Source of the DNA: Ranitomeya imitator
Lineage: Eukaryota
Direction of reading: 5' to 3'
Assembly (NCBI RefSeq): GCF_032444005.1
Contig: NC_091282.1
Coordinates: forward strand, 778,286,001-778,350,000
Length of the DNA: 64,000 nt
Part shown: positions 50,401 through 63,170 of the stretch, piece after piece
Layout of the letters: each line of letters opens with the position of its first letter
Position numbering within the stretch: position 1 is the stretch's first letter
Made by a program: the position numbers and the translations under genes
Notes under the pieces: generated by a model
The model's database searches: none
What the model was told of the DNA's origin: nothing
The model's input: only the letters and a program-made list of their open reading frames with translations

Positions 50401-52362
50401 CATCACTGAGAATGCCTCCTATCCATCACTAGAGATCAGAGGTGACATCACTGAGAATGCCTCCTATCCATCACTAGAGATCAGAGGTGACATCACTGAG
50501 AATGCCTCCTATCCATCACTAGAGATCAGCGGTGACATCACTGAGAATGCCTCCTATCCATCACTAGAGATCAGAGGTGACATCACTGAGAATGCCTCCT
50601 ATCCATCACTAGAGATCAGCGGTGACATCACTGAGAATGCCTCCTATCCATCACTAGAGATCAGCGGTGACATCACTGAGAATGCCTCCTATCCATCACT
50701 AGAGATCAGCGGTGACATCACTGAGAATGCCTCCTATCCATCACTAGAGATCAGCGGTGACATCACTGAGAATGCCTCCTATCCATCACTAGAGATCAGT
50801 GGTGACATCACTGAGAATGCCTCCTATCCATCACTAGAGATCAGAGGTGACATCACTGAGAATGCCGCCTATCCATCACTAGAGATCAGTGGTGACATCA
50901 CTGAGAATGCCTCCTATCCATCACTAGAGATCAGAGGTGACATCACTGAGAATGCCTCCTATCCATCACTAGAGATCAGAGGTGACATCACTGAGAATGC
51001 CTCCTATCCATCACTAGAGATCAGCGGTGACATCACTGAGAATGCCTCCTATCCATCAATAGAGATCAGCGGTGACATCACTGAGAATGCCTCCTATCCA
51101 TCACTAGAGATCAGCGGTGACATCACTGAGAATGCCTCCTATCCATCACTAGAGATCAGAGGTGACATCACTGAGAATGCCTCCTATCCATCACTAGAGA
51201 TCAGAGGTGACATCACTGAGAATGCCTCCTATCCATCACTAGAGATCAGCGGTGACATCACTGAGAATGCCTCCTATCCATCACTAGAGATCAGAGGTGA
51301 CATCACTGAGAATGCCTCCTATCCATCACTAGAGATCAGCGGTGACATCACTGAGAATGCCTCCTATCCATCACTAGAGATCAGCGGTGACATCACTGAG
51401 AATGCCTCCTATCCATCACTAGAGACCAGCGGTGACATCACTGAGAATGCCTCCTATCCATCACTAGAGATCAGCGGTGACATCACTGAGAATGCCTCCT
51501 ATCCATCACTAGAGATCAGAGGTGACATCACTGAGAATGCCTCCTATCCATCACTAGAGATCAGAGGTGACATCACTGAGAATGCCTCCTATCCATCACT
51601 AGAGATCAGCGGTGACATCACTGAGAATGCCTCCTATCCATCACTAGAGATCAGAGGTGACATCACTGAGAATGCCTCCTATCCATCACTAGAGATCAGC
51701 GGTGACATCACTGAGAATGCCTCCTATCCATCACTAGAGATCAGCGGTGACATCACTGAGAATGCCTCCTATCCATCACTAGAGATCAGCGGTGACATCA
51801 CTGAGAATGCCTCCTATCCATCACTAGAGATCAGCGGTGACATCACTGAGAATGCCTCCTATCCATCACTAGAGATCAGCGGTGACATCACTGAGAATGC
51901 CTCCTATCCATCACTAGAGATCAGAGGTGACATCACTGAGAATGCCGCCTATCCATCACTAGAGATCAGTGGTGATATCACTGAGAATGCCTCCTATCCA
52001 TCACTAGAGATCAGAGGTGACATCACTGAGAATGCCTCCTATCCATCACTAGAGATCAGAGGTGACATCACTGAGAATGCCTCCTATCCATCACTAGAGA
52101 TCAGCGGTGACATCACTGAGAATGCCTCCTATCCATCACTAGAGATCAGCGGTGACATCACTGAGAATGCCTCCTATCCATCACTAGAGATCAGCGGTGA
52201 CATCACTGAGAATGCCTCCTATCCATCACTAGAGATCAGAGGTGACATCACTGAGAATGCCGCCTATCCATCACTAGAGATCAGTGGTGACATCACTGAG
52301 AATGCCTCCTATCCATCACTAGAGATCAGAGGTGACATCACTGAGAATGCCTCCCATCCATC
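47423..52362 (+). repeat. 45-bp minisatellite array (copy 3, ~110 units)
   Basis: Same unit and orientation as the other two arrays. Confidence 0.98.
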
Positions 52363-52986
52363 AGGAGTATATTTTCAGACCCTGTGTAGACACCAGTCCT
52401 GCAGTTATATACTCTGGAGGGCTGAGGTGTATACTAACTACTCAGTGACTCAGCTGGGTGTAGTGTGACAACCTGCAGAACAAGTTCATCACCTTGGCAA
52501 CAAACGACTCAATCGTCATGGACACAATATCAACAGAGAAGCAATCCGTGGTCCCTGCCCCATTCCTGGAATCGGCGCTGATGGTCTTATCCTGCAAGAC
52601 TAAAAATGAAAGTAAAGCAAGATGGAAATGAGAATAGAAGCGCTGAGTCTGTGGAGATGGGATCAGTCCTCAGGTCATGTGACCACGGCTAGAAAAGAAT
52701 CAAGATGTGAAGGAAACTAATCAGTAAATATTTATGGTAAAGAACACGATACACGACTGGTACATTGTATCCCATACAGTCACCAGGGGGCGGCCAAAGT
52801 GGGATAAAGCCACCGAACATCATGCTAGGGTCACCTGGAGGGGCCACATGGCTGCCAGGCTCGGATCTGACCTTGTATATCTGCACCTGGACGAGCAGAG
52901 TGATGGCCAACACCAATGTCGCCTCAATCACCCAGCTTTCCTAAAGCAAAGATCAGAAACCTGTGACATGCCAGTTGTGAAACTAA

Positions 52987-53988
52987 GACTATGTCCACAC
53001 ATTGTGTTTTTACAGCATTTTTGTATGCAAATTTTAAGCTGCGGTTTAAAGAACCAGCAGAGTCTGTGAGATGTCCGAAATCCCACGCACTGGATTTATT
53101 TTCCTGACTGATTTGGAAAACTGCTGCATGTAACTTTCAGAGTATTTGCAGCGTTTTTTCACTCATAGAAAACAATGGGTAAGTGCAAAAACGCAGCCAA
53201 AAAAAGAAGCAGGTATCAGTTTTTGCTGCAAAAATCTCTAGAAAGTTGCGCTATGATTTTGGGGGTGGGGGAACAAAACTTTATCAGCATGCACAAAATA
53301 AAGGTACCTTCACACTGAACGATATCGCTAGCGATCCGTGACGTTGCAGCGTCCTGGCTAGCGATATCGTTCAGTTTGACACGTAGCAGCAATCAGGATC
53401 CTGCTGTGACATCGTTGGTCGGAGCAGAAAGTCCAGAACTTTATTTTGTCGCTGGACTCCCGCAGACATCGCTGAATCGGCGTGTGTGACACCGATTCAG
53501 CGAGGTCTTCACTGGTAATCAGGGTAAATATCGGGTTACCAAGCGCAGGGCCGGCCGGAAAGCAGAGCACAGCGGTGACGTCACCGCTGTGCTTTCCGGC
53601 TGGCGCTCAGTCAGTGCAGGAAAGCACAGCGCCGGGGGACAGACACCGGAATGTAGGTACTGTATGTAGTGTTTGTTTTTTTTAACGTTTACGCTAGTAA
53701 CCAGGGTAAACATCGGGTTACTAAGCGCGGCCCTGCGCTTAGTAACCCGATGTTTACCCTGGTTACCAGGGGACTTCGCATCGTTGGTCGCTGGAGAGCT
53801 GTGACAGCTCTCCAGCGACCACACAGCGACGCTGCAGCGATCTGGATCGTTGTCTAGATCGCTGCAGCGTCGCTAAATGTGACGCTACCTTAACAAAAAA
53901 GTAACAAAACCTGCTTTTTCTGTAGTAACTTCAAGCAGGTTTTGCCTGAAGTAAAAACACCGCAAAAACACAATGTGTGAACATAGCC
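52987..53988. mobile_element. PIF/Harbinger MITE (outer)
   Basis: TAA|GACTATGTCCACACATTGTGTTTT ... AAAACACAATGTGTGAACATAGCC; right TSD degenerate. Confidence 0.75.
53302..53890. mobile_element. PIF/Harbinger MITE (inner, nested)
   Basis: TAA|AGGTACCTTCACAC ... TGTGACGCTACCT|TAA; internal hairpin ACCAGGGTAAACATCGGGTTACTAAGCGC/GCGCTTAGTAACCCGATGTTTACCCTGGT. Confidence 0.85.
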
Positions 53989-54000
53989 ACAGGAAATTAT

Positions 54001-54039
54001 GGCATGCTGGGAGTTTTAAACTACAACTCCCAGCATGCC
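54001..54039. repeat. Short palindromic MITE relic
   Basis: GGCATGCTGGGAGTT-TTAAACTAC-AACTCCCAGCATGCC hairpin. Confidence 0.7.
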
Positions 54040-55600
54040 CTAATAGCCTAACAACAACTGGAGGGCTGAACATGTGTGATCCCTGTATCAAGCCGTTTTG
54101 CTGTCACCCAGCTTTCCCAGCAGCAGATCAGCGATTTTATGGTCCGATTATCCTTTTCATCAGAACTTTCAAAAAGTGAAAGTAATAGTTCTGGGCCCGG
54201 AGGAAGGATCCTGGAGGAGAGGAAGGGGCTATCTACATGCTTTGTCAGAGCCCTTAGACGGACATGCTTTACACGCAGGGCAGCATCGATTTTTCTTTTG
54301 CCTGTATAGTTCCATTTCCAGGACTCCCTATTAAAAGAGCCGACGCGTTTTCAGCCTTGTAGCAATAAGTGCTATTGCAGCCGGGTCACTGATCAGCCAG
54401 ACAATATGCAGTCACCTCGCACAAAAAGGTGAATGGCGGATGAAAGACATCCCCCCCAACAATCTGCTCAGGCAGCCTGGGACGATCGTTTAGCAAGAGC
54501 GTGGCCTCCGCTTCTACTCCTCACTAGAGGCGCGATGCTGATCGCTTGTGACAAGAGGTATTTGTAATAGCGGCTCCGTGAAAGGCATACAGCCATCTAT
54601 TGTGTGGGCAGGAAGGGAAGGGGCACTCTTATTGTCAGCGGCTAACCAAAAAAAACAGCGTCTACATTCATGACCTCCTTTCCTCTCTGCTAATGGAAAG
54701 CGAATTACGGGCATCGGGACCGGACCAGTGGGTTCACAAAGTGATATATACATGTATGTGGCTGCATCTATCTACAACGTGTTACTTCATCTCCTCCAGG
54801 AAATCTCATGCCAAGAAGGGGGATGAAAAATCTGCACAAAATAAGAGACAAGACTGCAAAATGCCCCAGAAAAAAAAAAGTCACCTGGGAAAGATGGTGA
54901 GGACCTCTCGGGACTTACCAAGAGCAGATCTAAATGACCATATTCTCCAGCAGAGGACGGCTGTAGGACCAGTAAGTTTGGAGTGTAATGTCAATATGAG
55001 GGGGGTGCATTCTGCCAGGGTGGCACTCCGTAAAACGACCGGGCTGGTAAAAGGTCTGAGCAGCAGGAACAGTCATCGCTGATGTACTTAAAATTGTATT
55101 AGTGATCTGGTATCGGAGGCCTCCGCGGGGACCTGTCTCATTCCCAGCGCTCGCCCACTTAACGTGCGGTGTGATCGATAGAGCACCAGGCGGAGGGATA
55201 ACGCTGCGCGTATCATCTGCAGCCGCTGTCAGGAGGAATACGACAAGATAAACCCTGACGAGCCATCATACCCACTATAAATAGACGCCTTCCCAAGGTC
55301 AGCGCACAGAACTTATTGGATAAATAGCAGCAGAGTCAGAAGTACCAACGGCGAGGAAACAGTCAGCGGCATCACAACACCCACAATTGTGAAGAAAATC
55401 CTGACTACACAGCATGTCCTTAAATCTGGCATCAACCGGAGAAGTGATAATGAAGGGTTCAAAGTAAAAATGCAAAGCCGAAGATCTGACACCTCAAGTC
55501 CATTATATAGAACAGTGAATATACTGGAACTGACAAATACCAGAGGCTATCACATATGGAGCACAGGATACACAACTGTCACCACTGAGTAAATCACTTA

Positions 55601-56042
55601 TGTATTATACCCCAGAGCTGCACTCACTATTCTGCTGGTGCAGTCAATGTGTACATACATTATATTACTGATCCTGAGTTACATCCTGTATTATACTCCA
55701 GAGCTGCACTCACTATTCTGCTGGTGCAGTCACTGTGTACATACATTACATTACTGATCCTGAGTTACATCCTGTATTATACTCCACAGCTGCACTCACT
55801 ATTCTGCTGGTGCAGTCACTGTGTACATGCATTACATTACTGATCCTGAGTTACATCCTGTATTATACTCCACAGCTGCACTCACTATTCTGCTGGTGAA
55901 GTCACTGTGTAGATGCATTACATTACTGATCCTGAGTTACATCCTGTATTATACTCCAGAGCTGCACTCACTATTCTGCTGGTGCAGTCACTGTGTACAT
56001 ACATTACTGATCCTTTACTGACCCCGAGTTACCTCCTGTATT
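55601..56042 (+). repeat. 86-bp minisatellite array (copy 2, ~5 units)
   Basis: Same unit and orientation as 10126-11165. Confidence 0.95.
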
Positions 56043-57784
56043 ATATTCTATTGGGAGATTTCAGCTCTGGATGCGGGGTAATATTAACTATACATGGCCA
56101 GCTGTGAGTTCACAGCCTTCAGCTTCATCCCTGCGCTTCTGATCTTCATGTAATCGGGTCCTGGTGCTTCATGGCCATGTGTAGATCAGGAGGGTCTCTG
56201 TACAAGGTGGGGGAGGGGCTGTAACTGTAGGGACATGACCAGGGGGCAGGCGATGCCAGAGTGACATCTTTCAACAGCTGAGAAGGAGGGCAGAAGACAA
56301 ACCGGTTTTGCCCTTTGCATGTCCAGGCAGGAGAGATTCACATCTGGTAAAGTCTGAATTACTTACCCCTCCTTCCTCTGCGCCCCACGCAGGTCACATG
56401 ACCCATGCGTAGCCCCCCAGGCTGTGTAAGGTAGCCATCACCCAGCTTCCCCAGGCTGAGATCAGACGGGAGACTGGTAGCACGCACAAGTTGCTAGGAA
56501 TTGGCTTTTAGCGCTGCCTACGGGCAAGCCAATGACAAATGCAGTGATTTTCGACACTCCCTCCGCCGCTGGCTGCGAGATCATTACTTCTAAATTAGTG
56601 AATTAAAAACAAGAAGGTTTCATCCGAGCGGCAGCCACTGACGAGGAATTTGGCCTCGTGACAACTATTTCAGGACAAGAGAAAATAAGAGGCCTATATT
56701 GGTTGGCACGGCGCTCGCTTCACGGCCGGCGGTTGGGACTTGGTTCCTTTTGGTCACTTTGCTCCTTTAAACCAACGTCCCAACAGCCGAAGATATAGAC
56801 TCGCACGATCCTAAGGAGGCGGCTCCCCAATGATTACACTGGTGTATGAGCACAGCCAGACTACACTGGGATTGTGTAGTCTGTAACCACGGAGACACAA
56901 TGCTTCATAGGAGCTGTGTACACAAAACAAGAAAGTTATAACCAAGACCATTTACAAAGTTTCTCCACTTAGCATTTCCCGAGCACAGAACTGTCTGTGT
57001 GTCAATTATAGCTGCTGCAGTCCTGATACAACCACGGCCAAGAGACCCCGATCAGCTGTCCAACACCACAAGGTACAGGGCGAGTATCACTTATTATCAA
57101 TAATGAATAATAATCCGGAGGAGCCTGACCATCTCAAGGGCATAGGGGGTCCCAAATATTTTCTGAAGGTAGAGGACAGAAAGAAGGATCAGACATGTTG
57201 TAAGCTAGTAGGTCTGATCCCTGATCCTTTGTTTTGAGGGGGATAATCTGCCACTAGAAGAGGAAAGAAGGGTCCGTACAAGAGGACAAAGGGGTCTGCA
57301 GTCTAGACTGTGGGTTAGGACAGAGGGGTCTGGAAATGAGAAAGCCAGAAACTCAAGGAGAGAACAGAATCCATGGGTGGGACAGTGGGGTCTGGTGGGT
57401 GGTCAGGATGGGTTAGACGGGTCTATAGGGTGGGACAGAGGAGGGTGCAGAGACAAAATAATTATCTGTAAGGAAGAAGAGTAAAATCTATGGATCGGGC
57501 AGAAGGGTCTGGAGGTGGGGACAGAAGGGTCTGGAGGTGGGGACAGAAATGTCCTATCTGCTTGCATACGAAGGAGTCTGTAGGAAAAGCCATGTAAATG
57601 TTAGATCGCCTTCAGGAAAAAAGAAAAAAAAAAAGTCGCAAGCCTAATCTGTCAGCCGAGCTGGTAAGGGTTAAGGCTCCGACACGCCGGACGAGGGCAT
57701 CAGATTGCAGGTAATCGCTGTCTACACACCTAGCATTTACACAGCGGCGTGCTTTCACCCCGTAATTTGCGGCCACACCTCACA

Positions 57785-57798
57785 GTTGCTATGGCAAC
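57785..57798. promoter_or_regulatory. RFX X-box-like motif
   Basis: GTTGCTATGGCAAC, one mismatch from GTTGCCATGGCAAC, in non-repetitive intron sequence 540 bp from an exon. Confidence 0.5.
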
Positions 57799-58341
57799 CA
57801 AACTGCGCCACTAAACTTTATCCTGTTTGGTTAGGAGGTGGGGGCGGACGCTTCGTACTCCTGACAGTTACCAGGACCCAGCACAATGGGCCAGCAGGAC
57901 CGGATGGCCCTCTACTTCTTTGTTATAATCTGACAACTCCAGCTGCACTGACAACCCCAAAAAGTGGCAGTGTAAAGTGAACAGTGTACCCAGACGTCGA
58001 ATATCCCCCACTCTGCCCGTTAACTACACGTGAATGCGAGGAGCGACACCACAGTCGTTTTACAGTCCCTATAAACATCTGCAGCCTCAGTATTTATGTG
58101 CACTATGAAGCAGCAGCTCCTCAGCGCCGGTGACAGAGGCGGCTCAGAGATGAGGGGCCCTACATACATGGAAGGCCGGAGAGGGGATTTCACTCCACAT
58201 TTATTCTACCTGCTCACATATATCAAGCGCGATACAAAGTCTACGAGATAGTTGGAGAAGATAGAAGGAGGAGATCCGCCATGACAGCAGCTGCAGGCTC
58301 CATCCCCGGAGCGGAGGGCACAGGACGGGCGCTTATCTTAC

Positions 58342-58406
58342 CTTGAAGCAACGCTCCGTTTTTCTTGAAGAAGCTGCTTCCAGGCCACAGAGGAGGGACC
58401 GATGTG
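58342..58406 (-). CDS. FOXN3: FOXN3 65-nt coding exon
   Basis: ctctctccgcag|CACATCG...CTTCAAG|gtaaga; encodes (S)[21 protein letters not shown] versus human [22 protein letters not shown]. Confidence 0.96.
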
Positions 58407-60798
58407 CTGCGGAGAGAGGAGAAACAAGGTGTCAGTACCCGGCAGACTCTCGCCAACATTACTAATGACTGGGGCACCTTCTCTTGGATGGAGACTGCTT
58501 TTGGCTGCCCTTGAATACAGCACAGAGCGCTGCCTCTAGTGGATACACTGTACCAGGAAAGCTCATTGTGCAGTAGTTAAAGGCAACGGACAATCTAAGG
58601 CCGTGTTCTTACAATGACGTTTTTCTTTGCAAAAAGTTCTGCAGCTTGGTTAGAAGCGATCAGTCTCATGATGGGCAGAGCTCGCCGCTCGTCTCCTCGT
58701 GGGGGGCGGCGATTTACACACGTGTCTGGGCGCTGACTACTTTCGGACATTGTCATTGCTCTTTGTGTGTGTGTTACGACCCCAGAAGTGGGGACTATCA
58801 GGAGTCACAATGGTTGCCGGACGCAGTCCCTCCCCAGCACACTTCAGGAGAATGGAGAAGTGATGAGAGACTCAAGAGTCCGTTCACGTCAAGACATCAG
58901 CCAACAAAGGGAACCCGGACCCACACAAAGGCGTCTAATGCGGGGTCCGCATCACCAGGAGAACAAATGACTCCGCTACTCACCAATTCATCAGGTCTAG
59001 TCTCCTACTTGTTACGGTACATTGTAGCAGGCTGTGGCTCAGTGATAACTTTTCCCCACGATAGTAAATGGGTGTCAGACTCAACCTCTTTGGGAGATCA
59101 AGTCAATCATGACGGGAGGGTTCCTTTAAATATTAGGCCCGGATTACATTATGTAAACTGACACCCTGTATTCCAACCACAGTTCTGCTCTTAAAGGGGT
59201 TCTCCACCCTGGTACAATTAATTTTTTCACTGAAATATACACAATTGGGGATAAAAGTGGTTTTTGTAATTTTTTTTCCTTGAGAATTTTGCAGTGTTCG
59301 CTTCTATAGTCTTAGTGGTGCGCGCCATTGTTATGCCACATGGGCCCTGCAGACGATCAGTGGTCTCTTTTGGATGAATGTTGGGGAAGCAGAAAAATTA
59401 AAAGCGCCGCACCCTAAAGTGGCCATGGATTGGGAAACTTGGCAATGAGGAGGATGGAACGGCGCTGCTGAAGGGGAAGGGGGGGGGGGTGGGGGGGTAG
59501 TATTTACTTTTTCAACTTAATATAAAAAAAGGGAATGTCCAGGGAGTGGATGATCCCTATAGTGTTGATTTTGTGGTGTATTATCACATGAACTTGCACA
59601 CAGGTCGGATGCTACACACAAAAAACCCGGACTCTTCCCAGCGCGACACAACATCTCCATCTTCTCCCGACTCGGTTTATGTTTATAGAGGTCTCGCCTC
59701 TCTATGTGGTTTCCACAGCTCTCCCCTAATGAGGCCATTTAACTAAACGACGTGATTAAAGAGGCCGCCTCGTTACCAGAGACAAATGGAAGTCTGGAAA
59801 CTTCTGTCTCTGTGGTCGGCACTAGACCTATAAAAAGGGGTCGTATTGTCAGAAGCGCGAGCTGGCGTGAGGGCTGTTTATTAGCTGGGATTTATGGAAG
59901 ACCTCAGAGGGATGGGGGACGACGGTGGAGCTATGGAAAAACATCTGTGTGCCGAGCACCTGATGATCCAGCACTTTGGGTCCCTTTGATGCGGATTTTA
60001 TTAAGGTCACTGGCCCTTTAAATAAAGTATCACCTGCACATACAGTGATGTCTGTGAGAACGATTACATTTTAATGCAGTAAACAAGAAGGAAGCGGCGA
60101 ACCGCAAACTGCCATGTCTGTACCGACTACCGTGAAGCCGGGGTTATGAATTCTTTACACGGGAAGTCGGCTTCTGAGCAATGTAACGAGACGATGCTGC
60201 CGTCTACCTGTGGAATAAATAAGCGGTGCGTTTCCGCAGGACGTAACGCGGAGCTTGGCGCTGCCGCGTATCAGCCCGTCTGCTGCCAGTAACCAGGAGC
60301 CGTGTTTGTGCCGCAGCTGCCAGACTCCGGTCGGACCGAGGAGTTTTCTATGTTACATTCACAGCGACTGTCAAAACAAGAGGAGCGGCGTCTGCGGTGG
60401 CGAATGGAGAAATTAGCTTGTTGCTTAGCGACAGTCAACATTGCTGAGTGCAGGCGTCTGGATCGCCACGGGCCATCCACGTCCTGGAAAGACGCTCGCT
60501 TCAAGGTGAAACTTCGCAAAGCGTCACAAGATGAGAGGACGACCGAACCCCGAGAGCGGCGAAACGGAAGGTTGGAGGGAAGTCAGGAACGGCTCCGATA
60601 ACGCAGACACACGGTTACAGTGTGAACACGCACAAAACGTCATGGTATATAGAAGGGAGCATACAGCGTCCGCTGACAGTGGTGTACGGGCAGGAGGAAT
60701 TCAGGAGGCTGGGAGAGCGGCTGCCCGGGGACCCAGGGCACCCCCACATGCTGCGGGTAATAGGCACTCTGTCACCACTGGCTGCAGGAGAAAAGAAC

Positions 60799-61510
60799 GC
60801 CAATAGTACCGCCATCATACAAAGAATGTAACCACTGCGCCAATAGTACCGCCATCATACAAAGAGAATGTAACCACTGCGCCAATAGTACAGCCATCAT
60901 ACAAAGAGAAGGTAACCACTGCGCCAATAGTACCGCCATCATACAAAGAATGTAGCCACTGCGCCAATAGAACAGCCATCATACAAAAAAAATGTAGCGT
61001 CTGCGCCAATAGTACTGCCATCATACAAAAGATTGTAGCCACTGCGCCAATAGTACAGCCATCATAGAAAGAATGTAGCCACTGCGCCAATAATACCATC
61101 ATACAAAGAGAATGTAGCCACTGCGCCAATAGTACAGCCACCAAAGAATGTAGCCACTGCGCCAATAGTACAGCCATCATACAAAGAATGTAGCCACTGC
61201 GCCAATAGTACAGCCATCATACAAAGAATGTAGCCACTACGCCAATAGTACCGCCATCATACAGAGAACGTAACCATTGCTCCGGTAGTATCACCATCAT
61301 ATGCAGAGAATATAACAACTGCGCCAATAGCTCCGCCATCATAAGCAGAGAACGTAACCACTGCACCCGTATCGTAATCATATGCAGAGATCCTAACCAC
61401 TGTGACAACAGTACCACCATCATACGCAAAGAACGTAACCAGCGCACCAATCGTATCGCCATCACACGCAGAGAATGTAACCACAGCACCAACAGTACCG
61501 CCATCTTACA
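60799..61510 (+). repeat. 40/42-bp minisatellite, degenerating rightwards
   Basis: Unit GCCAATAGTACCGCCATCATACAAAGAGAATGTAACCACTGC. Confidence 0.9.
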
Positions 61511-61601
61511 CACCAGAACCAGAGAGGAGCCCACACCACTATACACAGGCAGGGGTCCGGAAACATGGCTGCCACCAGCAACCACGGCATGTCCTCAGAT
61601 G

Positions 61602-61799
61602 GTATCACACATAACCGGCTTAGATACAGTGCACATCACAATATCATACGAGATGGGGTTAGATACACAGCTCAGCACAGTATCACACAGGATAGGATTA
61701 GATACATGGCTCAGCAGACAGTATCACACAGGATAGGATTAGATACATGGCTCAGCAGACAGTATCACACAGGATAGGATTAGATACATGGCTCAGCAG
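61602..61799 (+). repeat. 41-bp minisatellite (~4 units)
   Basis: Unit TATCACACAGGATAGGATTAGATACATGGCTCAGCAGACAG. Confidence 0.9.
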
Positions 61800-62329
61800 T
61801 TCTCAGTACTAGTAGGATGTGCGACAGATTCACCCTGTGTGCTCCAGGTTGTGTGCGGTGCAGGCCCGGCTCCTGCTTGCTGACGTGCTCCACTGCTGCA
61901 GGCGCCTCTGTCACACACATGGTTCGGATTATCTTACAATGCTGGTATGCGTCTCTATGGAGACAGAAGACTCTGAAATATGGGGGGTGCAGATATTCGC
62001 TCCTTCCCCCTCAGCCTGGAGTCTAAGAAGCCATTTATGAGCACAGCAAACAGGATCTTGTTCCCCTTCCTCATTAACCTCTTCAGTGCCAGGCAGGAAG
62101 CTTTATGGCCTTCAGTGCCTGGTCTACGATTACCAGCCTCACTGCCCAGGAACCACAAATCCCAGAATAAGATATAATCAAGGCCCAGGACTAATCACTC
62201 ATTCCTGTCACTTCTATCCACTTTGTGTTTACCCTGACTCATCCAAGCACTAGGGGCTGCATCACTGCTCATCTGGGGACCCCTGATTCCTGCAAGTCAG
62301 CAGCAAGCAAAGTGTGTCACCTCCACAGT

Positions 62330-63167
62330 GTGCAGTCACTGTGTACATACATTACATTACTGGTCCTGAGTTACATCCTGTATTATACCCCAGAGCTGCA
62401 CTCACTATTCTGCTGGTGCAGTCACTGTGTACATACATTACATTACTGGTCCTGAGTTACATCCTGTATTATACCCCAGAGCTGCACTCACTATTCTGCT
62501 GGTGCAGTCCCTGTGTACATACATTACATTACTGATCCTGAGTTACATCCTGTATTATACTCCAGAGCTGCACTCACTATTCTGCTGGTGCAGTCACTGT
62601 GTACATACATTACATTACTGGTCCTGAGTTACATCCTGTATTATACCCCAGAGCTGCACTCACTATTCTGCTGGTGCAGTCCCTGTGTACATACATTACT
62701 GATCCTGAGTTACATCCTGTATTATACTCCAGAGCTGCACTCACTATTCTGCTGGTGCAGTCACTGTGTACATACATTACATTACTGGTCCTGAGTTACA
62801 TCCTGTATTATACCCCAGAGCTGCACTCACTATTCTGCTGGTGCAGTCCCTGTGTACATACATTACATTACTGATCCTGAGTTACATCCTGTATTATACT
62901 CCAGAGCTGCACTCACTATTCTGCTGGTGCAGTCACTGTGTACATACATTACTGATCCTGAGTTACATCCTGTATTATACTCCAGAGCTGCACTCACTAT
63001 TTTGCTGGTGCAGTCACTGTGTACATAAATTACATTACTGATCCTGAGTTACATCCTGTATTATACTCCAGAGCTGCACTCACTATTCTGCTGGTGCAGT
63101 CATTGTGTACATACATTACATTACTGATCCTGAGTTACATCCTGTATTATACTCCAGAGCTGCACTC
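62330..63167 (+). repeat. 86-bp minisatellite array (copy 3, ~10 units)
   Basis: Same unit and orientation; some units lack TACAT or carry GGTCCTGAG/GTCCCTGTG variants. Confidence 0.97.
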
Positions 63168-63170
63168 TAA

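Noticed and set aside
58525-58545. CTCF-like CCACTAGAGGCAGC (minus strand); similar partial matches at ~27829 and ~44971
   Set aside because: One G short of the core spacing; weak match.
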